Source: Octopus sinensis (Eukaryota). From it: a DNA stretch of 64,000 bases. The stretch spans positions 104,966,001-105,030,000 of the forward strand of contig NC_042999.1 of assembly GCF_006345805.1 (NCBI RefSeq), read 5' to 3'. Below are positions 28,171-40,438 of this stretch, in pieces (positions within the stretch are counted from its first letter, which is position 1; every line of letters begins with the position of its first letter). The notes under the pieces are model-generated. The model ran no database searches. It was not told the DNA's origin and was given only the letters and a program-made list of their open reading frames with translations. Both the position numbers and the translations under genes were made by a program.

Positions 28171-29045
28171 ATGAGGAAATGTGTAATCGTATATCATTTT
28201 CCTAAACAATGATAAATTTGATCAACTGACATGAGTTCCGTTGATTTCCATTATAGAAAGCTATGTGGAAGCTCGTGTAACCAAATAGATAACCTTTAGG
28301 GAAGGACACAGAGGAATAAAAATTCATTCCTGGATTGCATTTGTTGAGAATACACAGAATATACAAGATGATGTAATTGTTGTTGTCGCGTACTTGGTCT
28401 GCTCCCACAGTGAGGATATGATTGAAGGCATTCTAACAGCGAAATCCTGTCATATTTTTTCATAGTATATTTCGGATTTCCTATTAAATGTTTTTTATAT
28501 ATATAAATAAATGGCATGTTATAATTTAAGACAGATATGGCTGCTATTTAATGCAACTCAAAGGACAACATATATGCTACCTCTCCATTCTCACGTAATG
28601 TTTTAGCTTTTGGTAATGCTTACACACAATAAACTGTGATCGGGTCATAATTTTATTACAAGTATTTCAAGCGTATGTATTCCGTCATTTTTATAAATCT
28701 ATGAGTATATAATACTATATGTCCTTCTTTTCTTTTAAACGATAATGTCTCTGATAACATCAATAGGATAACAGTTCTGACGCCATCAACAGGATAACAG
28801 TTCTTGCAGATAAAATGTGTTTAAGACAATTTTCCCACAACTTTCATACACTGGTTAAATTGTGTCCTCCTCTTGATTTTACTTCTTTCTATTACATAAC
28901 CAGATACACGCCCTGTACAAAACCATTTAGTTATTTCAAGTCAATAAGAACACCAACCCTAACAATGCGTATTCAATTGCTGTCAAACAATTGGGCGGAG
29001 CGCCGTCATATCTCCACTAATCCCTTTAATCTCTCTCATCTCTGC

Positions 29046-29092
<47 letters not shown>

Positions 29093-30192
29093 GCTATCTA
29101 TGGAAATATTTTTATTACTCTTCAGAGTAATAATTCTAACTCTACCGACGACAGTCAAATCGCACGAGCCAATATCATCAGCCTTCTCTCCCAATTTGTA
29201 TTTCACTTCTTTTTTAATGAAAAGTAGTGCAGATGTTAGATTTACTAATTTCAGTCTGGCTGAAGAAAGTCTCTCAGCCGTGGTTTCACTGTAGAGAAAT
29301 TTATTGAAAGCATTGTTGATCCACTTTGTTTCTGTAAATTATCGGAATTTCTTTGCTACGCGAAACTCATAACAGAGCTGTTGGTCTACGGTTTTCTATC
29401 TTCCATATGATCTTGGATTGCTGGTTTCTATCATATTGCACTACCTCTGTGTCCGACGCTAGAAATCTTTCTTGCGCCCATTCGCTAAACCTTGTTATTC
29501 TGAACGCCCCAACGTACACATATCTTTACTTATACATGAATGACCAACTTACCAAACGCCAGCCAAATGCAAACTAGACACTTCATACGAAAGTTTCTGC
29601 CTTAAACTCTTGGACTCTTGAACTCATAAACTCATGGGTATATTCTTCAGGGGAGTACTACTTAATTTATCTCTGACCATAAAACAAAGTCACAATCACT
29701 ACACGCCATAAGAAAATATGACCACATTCTACTCATTTAAACATGGATTCCAAATAGCTAGAATACTACGAATTTAAGATTCTACATGGTCACTTGTTTT
29801 GAAAGCATATACTGAAGACAGAAAATAAATATCACAATAAATAGCACTTCTATGAACAATAAAAAAAAATACGTCACCCATATCCATTACTAATACTCTA
29901 CAAAGTTCAAAAGGAGCCCCTTAATGGAATATTGTTTCAACATTTAGAAGAACACTACAGTCCACAAATAAAGCCTAGACAACACCCAAAGAAATTTCAC
30001 ATCATGAATTGACTTGAAGTTGCTCAAAAATATAATCCCTTTTCCCAAATGGATTTTATCTTTACATTGTACGGCTTCTGGTGCTACATCTATCCAAGCA
30101 TGTCAGGTACACTTATCTTACCTCTTCACGTCACCTATATTGTCTGTCACAGACTCTATAATAAACGCTTCGCCCAGTTATTGCTTGTAAGC

Positions 30193-30999
30193 AACCGCAA
30201 ATCCCGAGTTGACATCTGCTCTTTTTTCCAAAAAAAAGACCCGCTTTAGTGAATCGAAAAGGGGTGATGCTTCTTCAGGACAATGCGCGACCCCACACTG
30301 CAAAGATCTCATTACAGAAGATCGAATTGGTTGGGAAAAAATTCCTCATCCATTTTAGATAGACTTGTGACTGGAGACGAAAGATGGATCTTCTATCAAA
30401 ATGTTAAACGTCGTAAACAGAGGAGAAAACTCAGCAACAACCGAGAAGGGAACGTCATGGAAAAAAGGTTCTTCTTTATCTGGTGGGATTGCAAAGGAGT
30501 AATTCACTTTGAATTGTTACCACCTAATGCAACAATCAATGCTCAAGTATCCTGTCAGTAATTAGAGCATTTGACCCACGATTAGAAGAAAAAAAAAAGA
30601 CCCGCTTTAGTGAATCGAAAAGGGGTGATGCTTCTTCAGGACAATGCGCGACCCCACACTGCAAAGATCTCATTACAGAAGATCGAATTGGTTGGGAAAA
30701 AATTCCTCATCCATATTATTCTCCCGATAATGTCCTTCAGACTACCATTTGTTTCGTAGTTTACAGAATCATTTGGCCGACATAACTTTCGCAAGCCAGG
30801 AGGAGGTCGAAACTGACATTGCAGTTCCTCGCTTTGAAACCGAAAGACTTTTTACATTGATGGGATTTAAAAGCTTGTAAATAGATGGAAGGAAGCCATA
30901 GATAATCAGGGAAAATACGTTGATGATTAAATTTCAATTAAATATAAAATTTGACCTCTTCTTTTCTTTATTTAAAATTCGGACAGAACTTATGGGGTG

Positions 31000-31003
<4 letters not shown>
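30193..31003 (+). mobile_element. mariner (DD34D-type) transposon relic, 5'-truncated, with internal 124-bp duplication
   Basis: Motifs ILDRLVTGDERW, IWWDCKGVIHFELL, LLQDNARPH and HPYYSPD..DYHLF; right TIR CGGACAGAACTTATGGGGTGACCT followed by TA. Confidence 0.9.
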
Positions 31004-31086
<83 letters not shown>

Positions 31087-31088
<2 letters not shown>

Positions 31089-31294
31089 GTTAATCCAAAC
31101 AAGAAAACACAAAAAAACGCAACAACGCGGGGACGCGGAGCAAATATAGCATTATTCGACGCTCAGGTAAGAAGGGAAGAAGGAGGGTTTAACGTTTCGA
31201 GCGGAGCTCTTCGTCGGAAACATAGGAGAAGGAAAGATCCAGAGAAGGAAGACAGAGGAAAAAAAATCGCCAACGGTACATAGGCGGTCACATT

Positions 31295-31297
<3 letters not shown>
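31087..31297 (-). mobile_element. short Penelope-like-derived element inside (TA)n, carrying a hammerhead
   Basis: About 210 bp of non-coding sequence flanked by (TA)n on both sides; hammerhead motif at 31187-31221. Confidence 0.65.
31187..31221 (-). ncRNA. minimal type I hammerhead ribozyme variant (C at core position 4)
   Basis: The minus strand reads GTTT CCGACGA A GAGC TCC GCTC GAAA CG TT AAAC; all three stems close correctly. Confidence 0.7.
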
Positions 31298-31368
<71 letters not shown>

Positions 31369-31428
31369 ATAAAAACAATCTGATGTTATACTGACTGAAT
31401 AAAATGTTATAATATATGTATATATATG

Positions 31429-31476
<48 letters not shown>

Positions 31477-31796
31477 TATTACATGCATATATGTGTATGT
31501 ATACATACACGCACATAAGAGTACGTGCACATCTGTTTGTATATTGATGCGTCGTTAAGCGTCTCCATTTGTAAAACCTTCGTTATACACGGAGTAACGT
31601 CATACTTTAAGTATTATGGATTTGAGCATGTATTCTCTCTTCTCCTGGACAACCAGCTAAGTACCAATTTCAATTGGTACACAGTTAACAATCCCACATC
31701 TCTTTGTTGATTAAGAGAGAGGGCCAGCAGTTGCTCAGGTCTAATGAGCGTACATCCCAAGAACGGATTGGTATATTTCAACAGGCTTTAAATTCT

Positions 31797-31952
31797 AGGA
31801 GTGGGTGTGTGGTAAGTAGCTTGCTAACAAACAACATGGTTTCGGGTTCAACCCCACTGCGTGGCACCTTGGCCAAGTGTCTCCTACTGTACCTCGGGCC
31901 ACCCAAAGCCTTGTGAGTGAATTTGGTGTACAGAAACTGATAGGACCCGTCG
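31797..31952 (+). mobile_element. tRNA-derived SINE family C, 5' half
   Basis: AGGAGTGGGTGTGTGGTAAGTAGC...GGGTTCAACCCCAC head, about 80% identical to the reverse complement of 32226-32393. Confidence 0.85.
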
Positions 31953-31991
31953 TATATACATATATAAATACATATACATATATATATATAT

Positions 31992-32393
31992 TTCTTTTTT
32001 TTTCTTTTACTTGTTTCAGTCATTTGACTGTAGCCATGCTGGAGCACCGCCTTTAGTCGAGCAAATCGACCCCGGGAGTTATTCTTTGTAAGCCCAGTAC
32101 TTATTCTATCGGTCTCTTTTGCCGAACTGCTAAGTGACGGGGACGTAAACAGACCAGCATCGGTTGTCAAGCAATTCTAGGGGGACAAATACAGACACAC
32201 AAACACACACATACATATATATACATATATATGACAGGCTTCTTTCAGTTTCTGTCTACCAAATCCACTCACGAGGCATTGGTCGGGCCGGGGCTATAGC
32301 AGAAGACACTTGCCCAAGATGCCACGCAGTGGGACTGAATCCGGAACCATGTGGTTGGTTAGCAAGCTACTTACCACACAGCCACTCCTGCGC
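31992..32393 (-). mobile_element. tRNA-derived SINE family C, full length, with internal CA/TA microsatellite
   Basis: Head GCGCAGGAGTGGCTGTGTGGTAAG with box B-like GGATTCAGTCC; body; 3' tail ...GAAACAAGTAAAAG followed by an A-rich run. Confidence 0.88.
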
Positions 32394-32404
32394 TTATATA
32401 TATA

Positions 32405-32442
<38 letters not shown>

Positions 32443-32474
32443 ATATATATATGTATGTATATATATATATATAT

Positions 32475-32516
<42 letters not shown>

Positions 32517-32639
32517 TATATATCAGATTTCGTATGATTAATGTAGTTATCAAATTTTAATTGAAACCTGTAGCGGAATATCTAAATTTGTCCTTCAAAT
32601 ACTTTTCGATGAGCTCCAGCCGACTTGATCTTAAAGATA

Positions 32640-32845
32640 CTCTTTTCTACTCTAGGCAGAAGGACCGAAATTTTGGGGGAGGGTCTAGTCGATTAGATCT
32701 ACCCCAGTATGCATCTGGTACTTAATTTATCGACTCCGAAAAGGTGAAAGCAAAGTCGCCGCCAGGGAATTTGAACCCAGAACATAAAGACAGACGAAAT
32801 ACAGACGAAGTATTTCGCCCGTCGTGCTAACGTTTCTCGCCGCCT
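32640..32845 (-). mobile_element. SINE family A (alternative 3' tail), 13-bp TSD
   Basis: Family A head and core on the minus strand; TSD GATCTTAAAGATA at 32627-32639 and 32849-32861. Confidence 0.88.
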
Positions 32846-33379
32846 TTGGATCTTAAAGATATTATTTTAAACAATCAGTGTCTTAGATTTTATGTGTAAT
32901 TGTGAGCGTGTGGTTGTGCATGATATATGCAACTTCTTTTTAGTTTGTTTAAATTTCGATAAACCAGAATGTGGACTAACGTTTTTGTTAACCCTTACTT
33001 TATGACTAAAATTGTATAATGATTCGTATAATACTCATATCCAAGTCAGATCGCCTGTAGATGTTATTGGGGCAGCATGTCTATTAGAATGTCGGCTACT
33101 TCGAGTATACTACTATGTTTATCAGTTCTGTTTTGGTAAAACCGGGTGCGTGAGGTGGTGATGGACGCTTCACCTTGCTTTACGCATGTTTGTGCCAGTG
33201 TGTGTTTGTGTGTGTGTGTATGTGCGTGTGCTTGTGTATGTGTGTATGTATGTGAGTGTACGTGACTCTGTGAGCATGTGTGTGTGTTACTATACATTTG
33301 GTGTTAGAATTTCTCCGGTCTGTTGAAGTTTTATTTTGGATAACTTCTTAGGATTTATCTACACAGTTAGAAAGGATTC

Positions 33380-33870
33380 ATATCATTGCAAATTGGATAT
33401 TGGAAAAGTCGCTATGTGCTCACTAATGTTTCTTTTCATTGGAGAGATAATTATCGAAGATACATATCCTTCATTTCAGATGCTGAAACCAAACAAGTAA
33501 GAAAGTATGTTAAAATGAACTTTAATGCAGCGATAAGAGCTTTAGACAACAGTATCAATGCTCATATCAAAGAGACACTTCTGAACGACACTTTCATGTA
33601 CCTAGTAAAAACAGAGAGAAAAAATGAATACAAATCTAAAGTCAGTATAAATGCCAGTCATTAATGTCTCTGATGATCTGTTACAAGAAATACACATACG
33701 TAAACATGCATCTGAAATAAAAGAATAGTATTCACTGCTGCATCAGAATACACTTCAACAATGAATATTTAATTCTCTACGGGACCAAAATATGTAGTTA
33801 CCTTCAGAAATATCCCAATCTACGCCCAATAGAGATATTCGCAACAGGTTAGAAAAGATTCAACTAAAAT
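33380..33870 (+). mobile_element. possible Penelope-like N-terminal coding relic
   Basis: FSTGPKYVVT.RNIP and PIEIFATG (two frames) resemble the PLE LSLGPKF...IP...DII motif; weak similarity only. Confidence 0.3.
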
Positions 33871-34007
33871 TAGTTCTATTTCTTATATGGTTCTATCATT
33901 TAGCCAAGAGTGTAAGGGTAGTTGAAATAATCATCATTTAATCTCTTTGCATGCAGATTGTAACCAAAACATAATTTTAAAATACAATCAACATAACAGA
34001 GTGAATG

Positions 34008-34083
<76 letters not shown>

Positions 34084-34105
34084 TTTCTAACTGTCTGTCT
34101 GTCTA

Positions 34106-34197
<92 letters not shown>
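34008..34197. repeat. (TCTA)n/(TCTG)n
   Basis: Directly visible. Confidence 0.95.
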
Positions 34198-34569
34198 ATA
34201 TCACATGGTTGTCCATTCGAACGGACTTGACTGCGATCTTTTAGTAAAGTCCGTTCGGACGGACAGCTAAGTTGAAGTGGTTACGAACCTTACTTGTTAG
34301 TACAACTACTGCATTGGTCTCTTACAGAGATTTTATATATATGTACGTATGAACTAGATTAATGTGTTTATATTGGATTATCATGTAATCTTGCTCGTTT
34401 CCCTAAAAAGTGATTTAAATTAAAAGTAATATTTTTATCGCAGTGTTTTCTGAATATGTTTTAGCTCTGTTCTCCACCTACAATTTGTTTGCTTCATTCA
34501 AATACATGAATCTTTTCAAAACCTGCATCTTCTCCATTTCAAAGCTGCCAAATTTGTTAGAGAACTTGG

Positions 34570-35180
34570 AGTTGTGTACTGAGTAGGCACTGTTTCTGAA
34601 AGAACTGCACATAAACAGTTTTTATGCCCCAAGGAAGGGCAAATTCAACTTCAGAGTGTCTTCGCTTCTCGGCCGACTTTTCATTTTAGTGAAAATCATT
34701 TGGACTTGGATATACGACAATCTCTAGCATATTGAACCTGCAGATCGAATACTCTCATGATATAGCGCTAGTCATATTCACTCGATTGGCAAGACCACCG
34801 AAAGGGCATGCGTCTCCAACGCGACAACATTCATTCCCAGTTAAGTAATTTCATCAAAAATGTGCTTCGATAAATTGATTGAAAGTTTTTTCTGTACACA
34901 TCATACTCTCCTGATATAGCACCATCAGATTATTGTCTTTTGTGGTCGACTGCGAAGCGTTTCTTTCGACAACGATGTAGAGCTAAAAAGTGGCTCGATG
35001 AATTCTTCGACTTTAAAACCGGTTATATTTAATGTCAAGGTATTAAGAAGCTAGCGAAACATTGGCAGGAATTGGTGAACATGAAAAAACAGGACATTAT
35101 TTGTTGATTTGTTTGAGTTACTGTTGAAAAATAAGGATTCAAATAAACGAAGAAAAGCGAATGGATTTATCTGGCAACTA
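34570..35180 (+). mobile_element. degenerate mariner relic
   Basis: TCATACTCTCCTGATATAGCACCATCAGATTAT encodes SYSPDIAPSDY; an HTH-like upstream fragment is present; heavily deleted. Confidence 0.7.
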
Positions 35181-35336
35181 TATGAAAAATCAAATTACTC
35201 AAATTAATGTACAGAGATTCATAGATCAGTCTTTATAAACGTTCTTGTATTTATTTATGTATACCCATACATACGGCTGCATATATGTATGTATGCACGT
35301 TTGTGTGTGCGCGCACATGTGTATAAGTACCTACGT

Positions 35337-35716
35337 GGAGGCGCAATGGCCCAGTGGTTAGGGCAGCGGACTCGCGGTCGTAGGATCATGGTTTCGATTC
35401 CCAGACCGGGCGTTGTGAGTGTTTATTGAGCGAAAACACCTAAAGCTCCACGAGGCTCCGACAGGGATGGTGGTGATCCCTGCTGTACTCTTTCACCACA
35501 ACTTTCTCTCACTCTTACTTCCTGTTTCTGTTGTGCCTGTATTTCAAAGGGCCGGCCTTATCACTCTCTATGTCACGCTGAATATCCCCGAGAACTGCGT
35601 TAAGGGTACACGTGTCTGTGGAGTGCTCAGCCACTTACACGTTAATTTCACGAGCAGGCTGTTCCGTTGATCGGATCAACCGGAACCCTCGTCGTCGTAA
35701 CCGACGGAGTGCTTCC
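35337..35716 (+). mobile_element. tRNA-derived SINE family B, full length, 11-bp TSD
   Basis: Same sequence family as 15347-15730; TSD ATAAGTACCTA at 35323-35333 and 35717-35727. Confidence 0.92.
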
Positions 35717-35972
35717 ATAAGTACCTAGATACACACACATATATTTGCATCTATATGTATATACATACATACAGATATAAGATACATACATACATACACA
35801 CGTGGACACGCACATATATAATTATTTGTATCTATTTAAAGATGCGTACATCGTTAGTCGCGTCATAATGGAGACATTGTTATTGATAACTCTGCAATAA
35901 AATTGTGTGATCCGTCTGGTTGATATAGCGTATTTTGATACACATAAATACATACGTACATACCTATATATA

Positions 35973-36046
<74 letters not shown>

Positions 36047-37399
36047 TGTGTGTGGTGTGTGTGTGTGTGTGGTGTGTGTGTGTGTGTGCGTGTGTGCGCG
36101 TGTGGTGTGTACGTGTTTGGCGCGACTGGTCAGTGATAGTCATTTATATAAGCGATGAGTGTACATGATATATATATATACATAGATATATATATATATG
36201 GAAAAAATGTCAAAGGAGAAAATGCTAAAATAATTTTATTAAAAAAATTTCGGTACCGGCTTCAGTCATTGAGACCTTTTCATGGAAAACAATTAAATTT
36301 TGGAAAAACTAAAAGAAGGAAGAACTCAGATATCAAGTATAATGTTGGCGCTAGTTGGTTGGAGTACTACTTTCTCCATTATAACGTATAGGTGAGTTTG
36401 AATAGGGATTCCGCCTGTTTCTGTTGGAACTACGTCGTTCCTGACAGGAAAGGCCCACAAGTCATCCTACGTTGAACAGCTTTACCCTATATATATAAAT
36501 ATATATGATTCTGAAACCTATACCGTTCAACTTCTCAATATCCGATTTCGCAATAATTTGCGGTTGAAATGAGGTTATAATAATTTCCTCCATTCTCATC
36601 ATACATTTGGCGTGTCAGTTTGAATCCATTTAATAAAATCTCATTCTCTGATTCACGTAGCACAGAATGCTGTTGTGATGCATATAGAAAGTCACTCTTA
36701 GTACAATCTTGCTCCAAAGAATTCTTTTGATGGATCAAGCCAGTATGCTGACTGAAACACATGAACATGCCTTAGCTTTTTGAGTTCCTAAAAAGAGAAA
36801 ATTGTTTTTCTCTTTGTAACAGTCATACACCCATGTACATAAACGCCCACACTTATAAAATATAGTGCAGAATTGCACAAGTATTACAAACATGACAAAA
36901 TTTAATATATTCAAACAGCTATTTAATTAAGGATATATCTGATTAATTCTATAAGTACATAATTGAATTCATGATTAGTTATAGCTAATGTTAATTAAAT
37001 TAACGTGAAGCAAATTTCGTCCCAAATTATGGAGAATACTATTAACCATATATATCATTAACCATTGTCGGTTTAATTACGTGTGAGACTGAGGTAAACA
37101 CACGCACACACACAAACATACACACACTCACACACACACATACCTGTATGTATGTACGTATATATCCAGAGACAAAACGAAGAATTTTTCATGGATAAAA
37201 TTTAGAACGTACCATAAATTTCCACCTACGATTCGAAAAATTATAAGTCTTACGTCAAGAAATTCAAAAATAAACGGATGCTGTGAAAGGATTCTTGATT
37301 GAAAAAATAATTTGCAAAATAAATACCATCATAAAGAACAAAGACAACTTAAATCATTGAAAAATGCTAAAAACGCCAGTAGTAACAAATTGAAAACGC

Positions 37400-37760
37400 C
37401 AACAATAAACAATGCGTAAATCCAAGATGTTGTTCATGTTCTAATTTGAGAAAAGAATCAGAAGTCCATCTCAACCAAGGGTAACATCTTACAATCAAAA
37501 CACAACTTGAACTGGAAAGCTGGAAACCCATCATATACAATTACATTTTCAGGATATAAAGAAAATTATATCGGCCAATTGGTAGCTCCTTGCCATAACG
37601 AATGACTCTGCATATATCGCAAATCAACTTGCTGAAAATACAGACAAATAGCGAACGTATAAGCACAACTTCATCTAAAATACAATGAAAGTCTATGATT
37701 CCCCCTTTATATCAATTTACCGATTAAACAACTTAGCAGCAATGCAACTACATGGAGTCA
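37400..37760 (+). mobile_element. Penelope-like GIY-YIG endonuclease relic
   Basis: YTITFSGYKENYIGQL followed, after a frameshift, by RMTLHISQIN fits the GIY-YIG...R...H pattern. Confidence 0.5.
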
Positions 37761-39516
37761 AGCATCGTATCCGAAGTTCATCCACATTTAAATATTGAAC
37801 GGAGGACATGTTGCCAATGCTACTGCAAACTTTGGTAACGTTAACACCACCAGCATCATCACCATTACGAACAACAACAACTCAACAGCAGCAGCAACAA
37901 CAACAACAACAACAACAACAACGACTACTACTACTTAGAGTAACAACTCCTACAAATCCTGACAATGCTGCTAGTGAGATGCATGCCTGCTGCTTCTGTT
38001 ATTGATATCCATTTCTTCTACTGACGCTCTTATTACTTCCAATCAGCGACCAGTATGAAACTAAACAACATCATGTTATTTTAGTAAGAAAAGTGATATG
38101 AACAAATAATTCAATTTATTCTAGCTTATGTGACTTTTTATTCCAGCATGAATAAACTGTCTTTTTAATGCCATTGAAGCCAGTAGTATATTTTGATAAA
38201 AAACTAAATCCTGTCTTACTTTTATCCATGGGAAGGTTTTCAAAGCAATTCTTGTATTTGTGTTTTTAATATAAACTTACTCTGCGAAATCTTTTAATCG
38301 TGAAATTATATATATATAAACTTTGCAATATACACACTTTTGCAGACAGCAAAGAAAAGTGTATGCAGGGATTTGCACGCTCATGTATATATATATATAT
38401 ATATGTGTGTGTGCATAAAAAGAATGAAAAATATGTATCCATATAACAGCGTAATACACAGACATAATGCTCTCCTAAGTACACAGTATCAATGTTAAAG
38501 AAGCACTAATATACACACATTTTTCGTAATTACAATATCTTAGTTTGCTTAAAGCTAAAATCGAATTTTATAATTCATATTATTGTAATTAATACTACTC
38601 TTCTGAATGATTAGTAACAATTTAATTTGACTTTTGCGGGTACAAATAATCAAAGTGTTTGCTAACTATCTACTAAAAATCACACATTATAATTTATATT
38701 ATTGCAATTAATATTATACTTGTAAGTGGTTGCTAAGAATCTATTGAAACGAGGGAAGATTTATTTTTCAGTTTATATCTGCACCTTTTATATTCAGAGA
38801 AAGGAAAGTTGCTAGAATGATGACAGTTTACAATAACTTGTTGCTTGGAATTTAGTAAAGAACATTAGTCAGCCTTAGTCATTTCTAAAGTTTCGCACGT
38901 ACATTACCGGCAGACTTTTTTGCCGCATTGATACGGATTTGCAGATGTCAATGTGAAACATTTCAGGTTATAGGGAATAGTTCTGTTGCTTTCAAATTGA
39001 AGATATGCTGAGCAAGAGAAATAGCGTTCTTTAGGGTGTCTTTAGAAAATGAATGACAATATATGTAATATTTCTGTTTGAAATACAAGTGGTGCCAATA
39101 TAGCATTTAAACGAACGATACATTTTTAATTGCGCATTTATAAACAATATTACATTTGCAATATGAAATATTCTTCGACTCTATCTTTGCATATTTTTAT
39201 CAGGGTTTGGCAAGAAAGAATTCCTAGAGAAAGGTAGAAAACTTTTAACAGTAACATTAAAAGACATTTTATTATTATTGAATAGTCATCTTTGTTTCTG
39301 TATTATCGGACCATCTTAGCAAGCACTACCGTTTGAATATGGAAGATCAGTTTTTAAAATCTCTGCAGACAGATCATACTTCGGTTTCTTCAGAAATGAT
39401 TTTTAAATCTGAAAATTATTCATTAAATGAAGTTAGTGTTTTAAATAAACCCGAGTATAATAACGGAATGCATATTAAATGGGTGAAATCATACGAGAAT
39501 AAAATAAAGTTTATAA

Positions 39517-39569
<53 letters not shown>

Positions 39570-40247
39570 TATATATAATATATATATGGTAGATAAAAGA
39601 CGGAAGTGGGAAGATATGAGAAATTTTATTAATCACTATAATTGTTTCGATACATCTGACGTCGATCCCCACGGGTGAGGTATTTGATAACTGGTTAAAG
39701 AGCATCCGACGGTGCAGATGTATCTCTTCAGGTGATAAATAGCTATAACTCTTTAAAATAACAGTTGCGCAATTTATCTTCTCATTTCGTGTGAAGAAAA
39801 GCAGCAACTTAAATCATATGTTTTCATTTGTATAGAAGATCAATCACAACATAAAAGATGCAACCCCCCCAAATAAAAAAAACCAAATAAATAAACGAAC
39901 TCGCAATACGGCGAGAAATTATTAAACTGTTAACCGGTATGGCTGTATAAACACCCTCGGGCAAGCTGCATGGCGCTTGTACACTCGATCGTATAAGTAG
40001 TTGTTGTTGTTGCTGACTACTGAAGTATATTTGATGAGTGAAGCCTTGTTTTGATCAGACAGCCAAAGTGTTCGACCAGCATTGTGTTATTTGTTGTAAA
40101 TTCTATTAGATATCGACGCATATCAGAAGACTTATAATGTTTATAATGAAATATACTTTCTTAGACCTTTCTGTATTCACACGGTTGGCTTTTGAATTCT
40201 GCAAAATGTTGCCATTCAATAGCTATGAACAGTTTTTCTATTTCGTT

Positions 40248-40438
40248 CGACAATATGGCAGAATCGTTAGCGCAACGGACAAAATGCTTGGAGGTATTTC
40301 TTCCGGCTTCAGGCCCTGTGTTTAAATGCCACCGAGGCTACATTTGCCTTCATAATTTCAGGGTCAATAAAATAGAGTCAGTTGATATAATCGATGAGCT
40401 TCCGTCCCAAAATTTCAGACTTCGGACCTATAATAGAA
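40248..40438 (+). mobile_element. degenerate SINE family A
   Basis: GGCAGAATCGTTAGCGCAACGGACAAAATGCTT...CCGAGG..CATTTGCCTTCAT..GGGTCAATAAAATA. Confidence 0.7.

Noticed and set aside
28201-28440. Open frames on both strands
   Set aside because: No recognisable motif and weak splice signals; cannot be distinguished from chance.
36535-36768. 77-aa minus-strand ORF near an acceptor-like TTTTTAG
   Set aside because: There is an in-frame stop between the acceptor and the ORF, and no domain was recognised.
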